From NCBI GenBank assembly GCA_964575265.1, contig CAZNPD010000002.1:196367-260366 (forward strand): a stretch of DNA of 64,000 nt, in the 5' to 3' direction. The notes under the pieces were generated by a model. It made no database searches. It saw nothing but the letters and a program-made list of their open reading frames with translations, and was not told the DNA's origin. Positions within the stretch are counted from its first letter, which is position 1. Each line of letters begins with the position of its first letter. Of the stretch, positions 39,567 to 49,318 are shown piece by piece. Position numbers and translations under genes: made by a program. Origin of the DNA: an uncultured Pseudomonadota bacterium (GTDB lineage: Bacteria > Babelota > Babeliae > Babelales > Vermiphilaceae).

Positions 39567-40220
39567 CTAGTGACACACCCGCTTGGCTATAGGAGTTGTT
39601 GGCGCAGAATAATTACTATCCATTTTCGGCGATGATTTTTGCACTGCCGTTTGCGACGTATTGACATCATATAATGATACACTCACCATAGATTCTTGAA
39701 GATTTGATATACCTCCAGATCCCACTTCAGGCTCAGGAGTGTCAAAAAGCTTACACCATGAAAAATCGTGAGGATCTATATGAGTAATAACCCATTCACG
39801 TGCACTAGGACGGCATATATCTTCTGCAGCGCTCGCAATAGCACTCTCATCACATATAATCTTCTTATAATCATCAAATGCAATCATAAAATCACTAATC
39901 TTATGCTTACGATCACCGTCTTTAAGATAAGGAAAATAGAGAGAAATCGCATATTTTAGGTTCCAATGCCAATAAACAATACCGTATACATCTTTAGATT
40001 CTATTTTCTTGGAACATTGTGTAATAATATAGGGAATGGTATTCGATTTCGTATTCGCTTTATTTGCCATAGTAGCTCCAGCGCAAACCCTATTAAAAAG
40101 TACGCGACGAATTCCGGCAAATTCCATGACGTCTGACGCATATAAGGAATTACACAATACGATACCATATGTAATTATAATAAAAACAGACATATAAGAA
40201 TTTTTCATATGATTCCTCAT
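39567..40220 (-). CDS. hypothetical secreted protein
   Basis: Signal-like SVFIIITYGIVLCNSLYA and no known motif. Confidence 0.45.
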   Translation of the reverse strand: MRNHMKNSYMSVFIIITYGIVLCNSLYASDVMEFAGIRRVLFNRVCAGATMANKANTKSNTIPYIITQCSKKIESKDVYGIVYWHWNLKYAISLYFPYLKDGDRKHKISDFMIAFDDYKKIICDESAIASAAEDICRPSAREWVITHIDPHDFSWCKLFDTPEPEVGSGGISNLQESMVSVSLYDVNTSQTAVQKSSPKMDSNYSAPTTPIAKRVCH

Positions 40221-40621
40221 ACTTCTAGATAGTGAAAGCTCTTTACAAATATTAATACAAATAGTACTGGCCCCGCTACTGTTTATATAAGAAGCTCTGA
40301 GAGCAAAACATATCCTACAGGATAATACATATAATACTCGTAAGCGACCGCATGCGATATACTAAGCCATATTTCATTACTATTCCCTTAGATAAGGGAT
40401 CCAAAACTCAAGAATAAAAGAAACTATAGATTCTTAACATGTTATCGTCAGAGTATAAAGACTAATTATTTTTTTGCAAAGTCTCGACTTTATTGGGGAT
40501 TCTTCTTACCCCCCCCCTTTAATCCTATATTTGCTTTACGAGCCTTTTTTAGACATTACCTCTAGCACTTCAGAAGAGAATATGATACTGTGTATGATAA
40601 TACCAATTCTTTGATATATTC

Positions 40622-40984
40622 GGGGGCGCACTGGTTTCGACGTGTTATTGTGATGTATGAAAGCATGTCGAGCGTTGACTGAGTGCTCGTTAAACAATCG
40701 GTTGCACAATACGTGCAAACAACCAACAACTTCCTGCTTTCGCATAATCGATAGCAAGAACGAGTATAACTCTACGTGCTTATCAGTAGATTAGACTCGT
40801 ATTACCCAGATAAGACCCATAGATAAGATTACACTATTTGAGTAGTCTATGCGGTATCACCTAAATAGTCAGTTGAGCTAGGCTCTGTTTTCAAGGTGCT
40901 CAACTGTATCATTGAAAACTAAACATGTAGCGTTCATATATAATAGTAATGCGGACATGGGTTCGACTCCCATCGCCTCCACCA
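40622..40984 (+). ncRNA. ssrA: tmRNA (one-piece), tag ANNQQLPAFA
   Basis: The 5' GGGGGCGCACTGGTTTCGACG pairs with the 3' ...GGGTTCGACTCCCATCGCCTCCACCA, giving an acceptor stem with a G3:U pair and a T-arm. The internal reading frame GCA AAC AAC CAA CAA CTT CCT GCT TTC GCA TAA lies at 40715-40747. Confidence 0.9.
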
Positions 40985-41231
40985 ATTTTCGTCAAGACTT
41001 CGATTTGCGCGGCCACTCTTTCTAAGGTAATAATAAAAATATTGATAGAACTAATCGAAGATTGTCCGTCGTAGTTTACCGAGCTCGATTTATCCAACAA
41101 AGTTTTAACGAGGTCCGAAGACCTGGATATGCGCAAACTGGACCTACTTCACTAAAGCTTTCCATAATCGAAGAAACATAGCAAAGTACGTCCCTCTCCT
41201 GCCCTCTCGAAATTTTTATGACTTTTTCGTA

Positions 41232-41276
41232 ATAAAAAAAGCATGAAAAGTCTTAATTGATTTCTCATGCTTTCAT
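41232..41276 (-). terminator. terminator downstream of the 41298..42314 gene
   Basis: Imperfect hairpin AAGCATGAAAAG...TTCTCATGCTT, preceded on the plus strand by A7 (U-run on the minus transcript). Confidence 0.5.
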
Positions 41277-41297
41277 ATTTTCAAAAAGATGAAGCTC

Positions 41298-42314
41298 TTA
41301 CTTACCGTATTTGCAATTCTCTTCTCTTTGTTTCCACTGTTCTGTTAGTTCTTTCCATTTACTTTTTTGATCTTCAGTTCCATATGTATCATAAATAAGT
41401 TTCATTCCTTCAAATCCTGTTTTTGTATCCCACCAGCGCTTCCAATCTCCATTTTTTCCTTGATAGAAAAAGAGTTGCGATTTGCTATTATTTGGTTGTT
41501 CTAAATCAGCAATATAGATTGTTGATTCCGTATTTATATCAACTAATATATTTGAAGCCATATCCCAAAGCACTGCTCTACTAATAGCATTGGCTTGATC
41601 TTCAAGATTTCTATCATTAAAGGCTCTTACTATCTCTTTTTTCGTAGGATCAGTACAAATCCTGAATGGTATGCAACCATGTGGAAGTCTCTTCTGTACC
41701 ACTACATAATTATCATCATTATATTCATACGGCTTATCAGGACGATGTATGAGATAGGTATCTACAGTCTTAACAGTAGAGATAGCATATTCTTTAATTG
41801 CTTTTGTTAATAAGCAATAGTGAGCCGCATAACTAATTGTTTGATATGTTGGCTTTTTCGCATCTACATTGCTATAGTCAACGTCCTTTAAATCATCCCA
41901 GCGATACTTGTCATCAGGTTGTGCAGACACAAGCAATGATCGAACCTTATGAAGCATGCCACCCATCTTTATTATATGATTTTCATCAAGATCACAAACC
42001 AAGCTTGCCTTACTCATTGAAGAAAATTTATCATTTTTTTGTAATATTATACGGTTTTCATGATTATTTTTTATTGCTTTAAAATTAAATGGTTTCGGGA
42101 TGTCTGTTACAAGCCTAACAGTATCAGTATTCTGTCTTAACCAATCACTCACCTTTTCTTGTATATTTTTTGGCGCTCCAGGAATTAAGCTACCCACAGT
42201 TTCAACGGTTATCGGTTTACCATCAATCGAATTATAATCAGTTAACAATGAACAATCATTCATAGCATAATTCGTTATTGATACAATACTTATCATCAGC
42301 AATATCTTTTTCAC
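41298..42314 (-). CDS. secreted protein with possible protein-kinase-like/APH-like fold
   Basis: GTG start with AAGGA 8 nt upstream and signal-like MKKILLMISIVSITNYA. Ordered motifs are HIIKMGG (beta3-Lys-like), YVVVQKRLP (hinge-like), LWDMASNILV (catalytic D..N-like) and IYIADLEQP (DFG/IDxE-like). The D-to-N spacing is one residue shorter than canonical. Confidence 0.3.
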   Translation of the reverse strand: MKKILLMISIVSITNYAMNDCSLLTDYNSIDGKPITVETVGSLIPGAPKNIQEKVSDWLRQNTDTVRLVTDIPKPFNFKAIKNNHENRIILQKNDKFSSMSKASLVCDLDENHIIKMGGMLHKVRSLLVSAQPDDKYRWDDLKDVDYSNVDAKKPTYQTISYAAHYCLLTKAIKEYAISTVKTVDTYLIHRPDKPYEYNDDNYVVVQKRLPHGCIPFRICTDPTKKEIVRAFNDRNLEDQANAISRAVLWDMASNILVDINTESTIYIADLEQPNNSKSQLFFYQGKNGDWKRWWDTKTGFEGMKLIYDTYGTEDQKSKWKELTEQWKQREENCKYGK

Positions 42315-42667
42315 AACAATTTCCTTTTCAATGGATACACAATAGATACATATTTTAACTGCTTATAATAAATTGCCTCATGCAATAAGTTAAGTATATC
42401 TTTCAACAACATTAATCATCATTTATCATCTATTAACTTAATGTTCTTGAACTTATTGCGTAAATTCTTCAATTGATAAATGGAGAGACTGCAATTCCTT
42501 ATTATTGCTAGACACGTTCTTGAGGAGAGGTATTTGAATAAGATTTTCGCATCAGAATGCACTTTTAATTGCCTGACATACAAATTATACACATCTGGCT
42601 TAGAAATATACTATTATTATATCTAATATATACATGTAAAGCCTTCATACACTATGAAAGCATCTCT

Positions 42668-43369
42668 ATGTACAATAATCTCTTAAAGAACATAATTCGA
42701 ATCTTTACCCTACACCTACTATTTTCTGCCGGATCTATTCTTAATGCATCGGAAATAGATGTTATTTCTTATTTAGGATATCAATGCAACGCAGCTATAA
42801 CTGTTGAACATGATGCTTTTATACAGCTTATTACATATATTAGAGAACTAAATCCATATCCCTTTTGTTGTAATGCAACACATGGATGTTGCAACTTTGT
42901 TAAGTTAGCTCAACAACTCAGTCCTCACAACCCAGTTATACGCACACTTCTTCAATCATATGAAATAGCATACAATAATCATGCACATGCAAGATTATCA
43001 TTAACTAATGCCATCTTTAAGCTAAAAGAAGACGATCCTGCTTCTATTATCAAGCAACTACAAGATGCTATAGGTGCTGCGGAAGATCAATTGTTTCATG
43101 CAAAAAAAGAATATATAGAGCATGTTAGTTATCTTGCTAAGCGACAAAATAACCCTGAAATCAAAAATCTTGCAGATAATATAAAGCAAAGCAATTTTAA
43201 AAATAGCATGTCAGAGTTAATTGCTCTCGCAAATAATCACTATAATGATGATCCTTTTTTAGAGACCTGTTATTATAAACCCTATCAAGAAAAGTTAAAC
43301 GCTTTAAATAATATCACTCTTAGATGTGAGAAATACGTAATAGAAACCTATTGCCATATCAATAATTGA
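42668..43369 (+). CDS. hypothetical secreted Cys-containing protein, paralog family A
   Basis: Signal-like IIRIFTLHLLFSAGSILNA. Shares ordered blocks with the 43583 and 44348 products. The start is uncertain; the track start at 42569 is a TTG. Confidence 0.5.
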   Translation: MYNNLLKNIIRIFTLHLLFSAGSILNASEIDVISYLGYQCNAAITVEHDAFIQLITYIRELNPYPFCCNATHGCCNFVKLAQQLSPHNPVIRTLLQSYEIAYNNHAHARLSLTNAIFKLKEDDPASIIKQLQDAIGAAEDQLFHAKKEYIEHVSYLAKRQNNPEIKNLADNIKQSNFKNSMSELIALANNHYNDDPFLETCYYKPYQEKLNALNNITLRCEKYVIETYCHINN

Positions 43370-43582
43370 TACGCGCTACAATGCACAGACCCATAATTTG
43401 TATCAAAACATCAGAGTATATATATAACATTTTCAATCAGCATACAAAGCTCCATTAAACAACCAATACATCTTTTTATTGAAAAATTTATTATTATAAT
43501 CATGTCGTACACATGCACATGTACTATTATTCACATATCATGAAAGATTAAACATATGTACTACGAAATTATGAGAACAAGC

Positions 43583-44338
43583 ATGAATCACTTTTTGACT
43601 AGAATTATATTCTGTTTGGTCAGCCACGCACTCTATGCAACAGAAAATGCTACCCTAACGGGGCATGACATAGCTTTACTAGGAGGTAAATGTATTATAG
43701 CGCTTACCGCAGAGATCGAAGCTCATAACAATCTCAAAAATCATCTTGTCTCATTAGAACCCTCTTTCTTTTATGATTTCGAACAATATAAAACGTATGT
43801 AGAACCTAAAAACATTACCCTTTTGGCAAAAAGATTTTGCGTTTATGATCAATCTACTAACAAACTTTTTCATATATATAATCAAGCATGTCACAATCGA
43901 TTTGAAACAAAAAAAATATTAGCTGCTAACCTATTAAAACTCAATGCATCAAATTCAGAATCTGAATATATTAAACATTTGCAAGATAGGATTAATATAA
44001 CCATAGCTCAGATTCGTCAAACTAATGATTTCTATCAAAAATATATAACTGAGCTTGCAACAAATGATATATTATTGTGTTCGCAGTTAAATAAAGGAAT
44101 ATCTCTATCAAAGATTATTTCTGAAGCAGTTAAACGATATCCTCAAGATCAATTTCTTATATTTTTCAACCATAACTTTCAAACCTGTATTCGCGATTTT
44201 TCCAATCTTGCAACAGAATGTGAAGATTATGCTATACAGGCTTATATAAATAATGCCAATACCAATTTCTTAGACAACTATCTTCAAATGATTGATGAAA
44301 CATTTCCAGAGTTTAAAAAACTCAATAACATTAAGTAA
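43583..44338 (+). CDS. hypothetical secreted protein, paralog family A
   Basis: MNHFLTRIIFCLVSHALYA signal. Blocks LGGKCIIALTAEIEAHNNL, LAANLLKL, YIKHLQDRI and ECEDYAIQAY parallel LGYQCNAAITVEHDAFIQL, LTNAIFKL, IIKQLQDAI and RCEKYVIETY of the previous gene. Confidence 0.55.
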   Translation: MNHFLTRIIFCLVSHALYATENATLTGHDIALLGGKCIIALTAEIEAHNNLKNHLVSLEPSFFYDFEQYKTYVEPKNITLLAKRFCVYDQSTNKLFHIYNQACHNRFETKKILAANLLKLNASNSESEYIKHLQDRINITIAQIRQTNDFYQKYITELATNDILLCSQLNKGISLSKIISEAVKRYPQDQFLIFFNHNFQTCIRDFSNLATECEDYAIQAYINNANTNFLDNYLQMIDETFPEFKKLNNIK

Positions 44339-44347
44339 GGATTCTCC

Positions 44348-44851
44348 ATGAATAGATACACATTTTTTACATTATTATTCTTCTGCATGGCACGTACATC
44401 ATTATATGCTGCAGATACTCATCAACAATCAGAGAATCAATTGCCGTCTATCAATGCTTATCAACAATTACTTAGCATGAAAAGTATTGTAAATGCTTCA
44501 AAAATTGAGCTAAACTCTGCTTACAATAATCTCATACAGTATGTTATGTTAACCTATCCACAATTCAAAGCATGCATAGAACAGATCAAAAAAGATTCAC
44601 ATAAATATCGTAATAAAAAAAATAATGTTGAAAGATTAGTTCTTCTCATCAATGAATTGAGTCATCAAGATCCATATATTATTCAATTAAATACGGCGTA
44701 TAAAAAAGCATCCGTCTTTCATAAACAACAGTTTGAAGAGTACACAAAATATGCTATGGCTATGGAAAATCCATCAAAAGAAAAAGCGTTTAATTCCGTG
44801 GTGCTAATACCCAATGACTCCATACCGTTAGATGAATTATTCAAATTATGA
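44348..44851 (+). CDS. hypothetical secreted protein, shorter member related to family A
   Basis: MNRYTFFTLLFFCMARTSLYA signal with AAGGA upstream. LNSAYNNL and LNTAYKKASVFHKQQ resemble the LLQSYEIAYNNHAHAR block. Confidence 0.5.
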   Translation: MNRYTFFTLLFFCMARTSLYAADTHQQSENQLPSINAYQQLLSMKSIVNASKIELNSAYNNLIQYVMLTYPQFKACIEQIKKDSHKYRNKKNNVERLVLLINELSHQDPYIIQLNTAYKKASVFHKQQFEEYTKYAMAMENPSKEKAFNSVVLIPNDSIPLDELFKL

Positions 44852-44960
44852 ACTAACTCAACAATAAACATGATCTATACACAGAGTCATTTGTATGATT
44901 ATTTGGATTCTGTTACCATAACCATGATTACAATTATTAACTCTTTTTAATTATAAATAT

Positions 44961-45395
44961 ATGAATAAGAACTTATTATTTTACATTCTCATATGTGCGA
45001 ACCAATTGCTCTATTCATCAGAATCAAGTCAATGCATTAATAAATGGTACGATATCGGACCTTTTGCAGGCAAAATGGTAGTATTTCAATCAATAAAATG
45101 TTGTTTGAATAGTAAATACTGTTATCGTATTGGCGCGCAACAGAATATTAGAGTAGCATTAATAGGGAATAAGCCAGTAAAAAACTTTGATGATGGCATG
45201 GGATATCCAATAAGTCGCTTACTTACCATTAATGCTCCATTGCGAGATACCAATCTTATATTAACTGATCATGAGCTTGAAAACATAGATCTTACTATGC
45301 GCGAACCTGATATACATGAGTCTTGTGAAATTCAGGCAGCTGTCAAAAACAAGAAAGCAAAATTTGAGCATTTAAAACTACCATCATGTTTATAA
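44961..45395 (+). CDS. hypothetical secreted protein
   Basis: Signal-like MNKNLLFYILICANQLLYS and no known motif. Confidence 0.45.
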   Translation: MNKNLLFYILICANQLLYSSESSQCINKWYDIGPFAGKMVVFQSIKCCLNSKYCYRIGAQQNIRVALIGNKPVKNFDDGMGYPISRLLTINAPLRDTNLILTDHELENIDLTMREPDIHESCEIQAAVKNKKAKFEHLKLPSCL

Positions 45396-45567
45396 TTAAT
45401 AATCTATTACACAAGTAAAGAAGCAGTAATCTCACATTCTCATTCTACTTCTTAAACAAAAAAATCTCTGTTCATAGAGAATAAGCATTCTTTTCTTTGT
45501 AACATATATTCTGTTACACTACATCCGTTATTTCGCATATGAATAGAGATATAAAAAAGGAGTTTTA

Positions 45568-46536
45568 ATGAATAGAATATTACTACTATCATCATATTAT
45601 ACAATTTCTTTACTATCAACCGCATATGCAGCCGAACCTATGCTTGGTAAATCAGTTGGAATGTCGTCAAAAGAATTTCGGAACATTTATCAAAATCTTA
45701 ATCTCGTAACACACTACATGCGATTTGATCAAGATTCAGATTTCTTACTACAACAAGTTGGGTGTAACAGAGAGACCATAAAGCTCGATGGCTGGAAATA
45801 TATCGTACAACATGCAGAACGGTTTATACATGCACAGGTTATTAACCGCGATGAGCTACGATCAAATATCGATAAAGCATCCGTTCTTATAAAGTTTTTT
45901 AATATTAATCCTGAATATGATTCAAATATATCTTCAATCTCTGATGAAGCTCGTAAAGAACTATTAACTCAATTTGATACAATCTGCCAAAAAGCTATAA
46001 CCTTCATTACTATGACAGATTTCTTCTGCGCGCACAATACATCAAAGTCAGAAATTCTTAATGTAAATAAGAGTAAAAAGTCTAAAAAAAAGCATCGAAA
46101 ACAGAAACAATCAAATGCTCGTCATAAAACACCATATAAACAAGCACATCTTGCATTCAAAATAATTCACGATATGAATGCAAGTATTATAAGCCAATAC
46201 TGCACACCTCAAATCGATCGAGTTCGTATTATGCATACCCTTGAAAATAAAAAGCGTGAAGCAATTGCGTTTCTTGAACGAACGGAATATTTAGCACTAT
46301 TTTCTTGTAGTAACATATCACAACCTAGTGCTCATACAATAAAAGATATCCCACTTGCTGCTGATCTCCATAATAGCTTTGAGTTCACTCCATTATCTAT
46401 CATATCTCACGTTAACAATGCATCACAAACATTAAGACCTCAACCATCCCCACGTAATAGAAGTAATTCAACATATGAATCTGATGAGTCATTCAAAAGT
46501 AGCTCAGCCATTTATCAAGCTACAACACAACAATAG
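45568..46536 (+). CDS. hypothetical secreted protein with a strongly basic NLS-like patch
   Basis: GGAG upstream and signal MNRILLLSSYYTISLLSTAYA. Internal basic patch NKSKKSKKKHRKQKQSNARHK, then a Ser/Pro-rich C-terminus. Confidence 0.55.
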   Translation: MNRILLLSSYYTISLLSTAYAAEPMLGKSVGMSSKEFRNIYQNLNLVTHYMRFDQDSDFLLQQVGCNRETIKLDGWKYIVQHAERFIHAQVINRDELRSNIDKASVLIKFFNINPEYDSNISSISDEARKELLTQFDTICQKAITFITMTDFFCAHNTSKSEILNVNKSKKSKKKHRKQKQSNARHKTPYKQAHLAFKIIHDMNASIISQYCTPQIDRVRIMHTLENKKREAIAFLERTEYLALFSCSNISQPSAHTIKDIPLAADLHNSFEFTPLSIISHVNNASQTLRPQPSPRNRSNSTYESDESFKSSSAIYQATTQQ

Positions 46537-46569
46537 ACAATTCATATTTCATTAATTACCGGAGAATAG

Positions 46570-49245
46570 ATGATCCCATATCAGATGACTATAGAAGAGT
46601 TAGAAAAAAAGCTTCATACACAAATAATGGAAGGACTCTCTGATCAAGAAGCCGCACAACGATTAGAACAATATGGACCTAATATACTGATCTCATCTAA
46701 AGAAATATCCTGGATCCAAATTTTTTTGAGTCAATTTACAAGTCCATTAATATATCTCTTATTAATTGCAGCAATAATCATTTTTTTCTTTGGACAACAT
46801 CCACACGATGCTTTTATTATTAGTGGCATTCTTTTGTTAAATGCCATTATTGGTGCAATACAAGAGATCCGAACGTATACAATTATCAATAATCTCAATG
46901 TAGCAATACAGACAAAATGTACGGTCATTAGAAATAGCAAACATATTGTCATAGATGATTCTCAAGTTGTCATCGGCGACATCCTTGTATTACAGGCAGG
47001 ACAACGCATCTCTGCTGACGCTCGTATTATATCCTGTAATAACTTACAGGTTGACGAATCAATGCTTACAGGAGAATCTATCCCTGTTATCAAGGATGCA
47101 GATCCTATACAACAACAAATTCCTATATCTGACCAACATAATATGCTATTCAAGGGAACATTAATTCGATCAGGATCGGGTAAAGCTATTGTAGTTTCAA
47201 CAGGCAAAGATTCATATATTGGAACTATCAATGCTCAAATTAATCTTATTAAAGGCGAGCTCCCATTAAAAAAAGATATTGATCGTCTTTCATACGTGAT
47301 TCTTATTAGTATTTCAATTCTTTGTGTCCTGTTACTCCTTTTTGGTTTATGGTTGGGAAATCAATTCTCTCAATTACTGCCTATGATCACTGCATTATTC
47401 ATTTGTGTAGTACCTGAAGGGTTGCCCGTTGTCTTAACACTTGTGCTCGTCACCGGCGTATATCGCATGGCAAAACAACAAATATTAGTAAAGAATATGC
47501 AAGCAATTGAAGCGCTTGGTCGAATACAAGTTATTATCACCGACAAAACAGGAACTCTTACCCGTAATGAACTTATGGTAATAGAATTCTGGACTCCCTA
47601 CGCTACATATCATGTAAATGGATCGGGATACGCTACTGAAGGATCCGTAGTAGACCCGAACAATAAAATAGTTACTGCTCATGATAATACATATCTTAAC
47701 CATATTGGTCTTGCTACACAATTATTACCCTCCGCTGAGATCACCTCTATTAATAATACCAACAGCTTTGAAATTCAAGGCGATCCTACCGATGCAGCAT
47801 TACGCATTCTTTCTTATAAACTTGGTATTACATCAAATGAGATATCATCGTATACATTATTGCATGAAATTCCATTCGACCCATATTGGAAATATCATGC
47901 AGGGCTTTACCGAATGCACGATGGCAATGGAATCATATATATGATTGGAGCTCCCGAAACACTGCAGGATTTCTCAAAAAAAGAATCAACATTTAATCAG
48001 ACATTTTTGGATCACGCATTAGCACAGGGGAATCGAGTCATTGCTATTGCAATGAGCCATGTAGTAATCCATGATCTTAATAGGAATAATCATGAGTATG
48101 AATCACTTATACGAAATGCATCATATGAAATGGTTGGATTATGCGCTATACAGGATTCTATACGACCTGAGGTAAAAGATGTTGTCAGAGAAACTCGTAA
48201 TGCAGGATTACACATTATAATGGCAACCGGTGACCATGTAAAAACAGCATTATATGTTGCTGAACAGGCAGGTATATACAAAGATGGTGATCACTATATT
48301 GATGGAAATCAATCTAATCAGTATCAAAAAAATATGTCTTCTATTATCAATACCACTGTATTTGCGCGAGTTGATCCTACTATGAAGCTAGAGTTAGTCA
48401 ATATGCTACATCAACAAGGTTATCTCGTTGCCATGACTGGCGATGGAGTTAATGATGCTCCTGCATTAGTAGCGGCAGATGTTGGTATTGCAATGAGTGG
48501 AACAGGAACAGAGGTTGCAAAAGATGCCGCCGATATCATACTTATGCAAAATTCGTTTGTACATATTATTGATGCTATTCATCAAGGGCGCCATATCCTC
48601 TACACTCTCAGACGAGTAATTCTCTACTTCTTTTCAACTAATATGGCAGAAGTATTATTAGTATTAGGGGCACTATTGGCCGATATTCCATTGCCAATAA
48701 CAGCCGCACAAATATTATGGCTCAACCTTATTACTGACGGTTTTCTTGATATCGCTCTCTCTGCAGAGCCAAAAGATCCAATATTATTACAAGCTACATG
48801 GCTTGAGCAACGAGTTAAACTGGTTGATACGAATCTCATTATGCTCATGATATGGATGTCTGTTCCAATGGCCATTGGGTCATTATTATTATTTTGGAGC
48901 CACATTTCTGTAGACATTCGACTAGCTCGAACGGTTACTATGGTATCTATGGCAATGTATCAATGGTGTAATGCTTGGAATTGTAGATCGGAATATCGAT
49001 CATTATGGAATATTGGATTATCTTCCAATACATGGCTCATTGGGGCAACAATCCTTGTCTTTATACTACAATGTGCAATCATCTATGTCCCTTTTCTACA
49101 ATCTATCTTCGATACCGTTCCATTAACAGCCTCTCAATGGGCCATAATTACGATCTTTTGTATTCCAATTGTCGCAATTGAAGAATTGAGAAAGGGAATC
49201 CTACGTTATACCAGAAATAGAATACCCGAGAGAATAAAGACCTGA
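46570..49245 (+). CDS. cation-transporting P-type ATPase (P2/Ca2+- or Mg2+-ATPase-like)
   Basis: TGES, PEGLP, phosphorylation site ITDKTGTLT, MATGD, TGDGVNDAPAL, and about 10 TM segments. Confidence 0.85.
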   Translation: MIPYQMTIEELEKKLHTQIMEGLSDQEAAQRLEQYGPNILISSKEISWIQIFLSQFTSPLIYLLLIAAIIIFFFGQHPHDAFIISGILLLNAIIGAIQEIRTYTIINNLNVAIQTKCTVIRNSKHIVIDDSQVVIGDILVLQAGQRISADARIISCNNLQVDESMLTGESIPVIKDADPIQQQIPISDQHNMLFKGTLIRSGSGKAIVVSTGKDSYIGTINAQINLIKGELPLKKDIDRLSYVILISISILCVLLLLFGLWLGNQFSQLLPMITALFICVVPEGLPVVLTLVLVTGVYRMAKQQILVKNMQAIEALGRIQVIITDKTGTLTRNELMVIEFWTPYATYHVNGSGYATEGSVVDPNNKIVTAHDNTYLNHIGLATQLLPSAEITSINNTNSFEIQGDPTDAALRILSYKLGITSNEISSYTLLHEIPFDPYWKYHAGLYRMHDGNGIIYMIGAPETLQDFSKKESTFNQTFLDHALAQGNRVIAIAMSHVVIHDLNRNNHEYESLIRNASYEMVGLCAIQDSIRPEVKDVVRETRNAGLHIIMATGDHVKTALYVAEQAGIYKDGDHYIDGNQSNQYQKNMSSIINTTVFARVDPTMKLELVNMLHQQGYLVAMTGDGVNDAPALVAADVGIAMSGTGTEVAKDAADIILMQNSFVHIIDAIHQGRHILYTLRRVILYFFSTNMAEVLLVLGALLADIPLPITAAQILWLNLITDGFLDIALSAEPKDPILLQATWLEQRVKLVDTNLIMLMIWMSVPMAIGSLLLFWSHISVDIRLARTVTMVSMAMYQWCNAWNCRSEYRSLWNIGLSSNTWLIGATILVFILQCAIIYVPFLQSIFDTVPLTASQWAIITIFCIPIVAIEELRKGILRYTRNRIPERIKT

Positions 49246-49318
49246 TTGATTAAATTGATAGAACCGCTAAAGTGATACTATAGAGAGATTTATATATCCA
49301 CTTTCCAAAGGATTTTTT

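Noticed and set aside
40536-41136. Track ORFs 40536..40757 (-) and 40909..41136 (-) as protein-coding genes
   Set aside because: Both lie antisense to the tmRNA gene (40622..40984). Its acceptor/T-arm pairing and tag reading frame explain the sequence, and the ORF products have no recognisable features.
40985-46536. Calling the tmRNA-adjacent block a genomic island or mobile element
   Set aside because: I found no integrase, transposase or phage gene and no duplicated copy of the tmRNA 3' end downstream. The evidence (location, orphan paralogs) supports only an accessory locus, not a mobile element.
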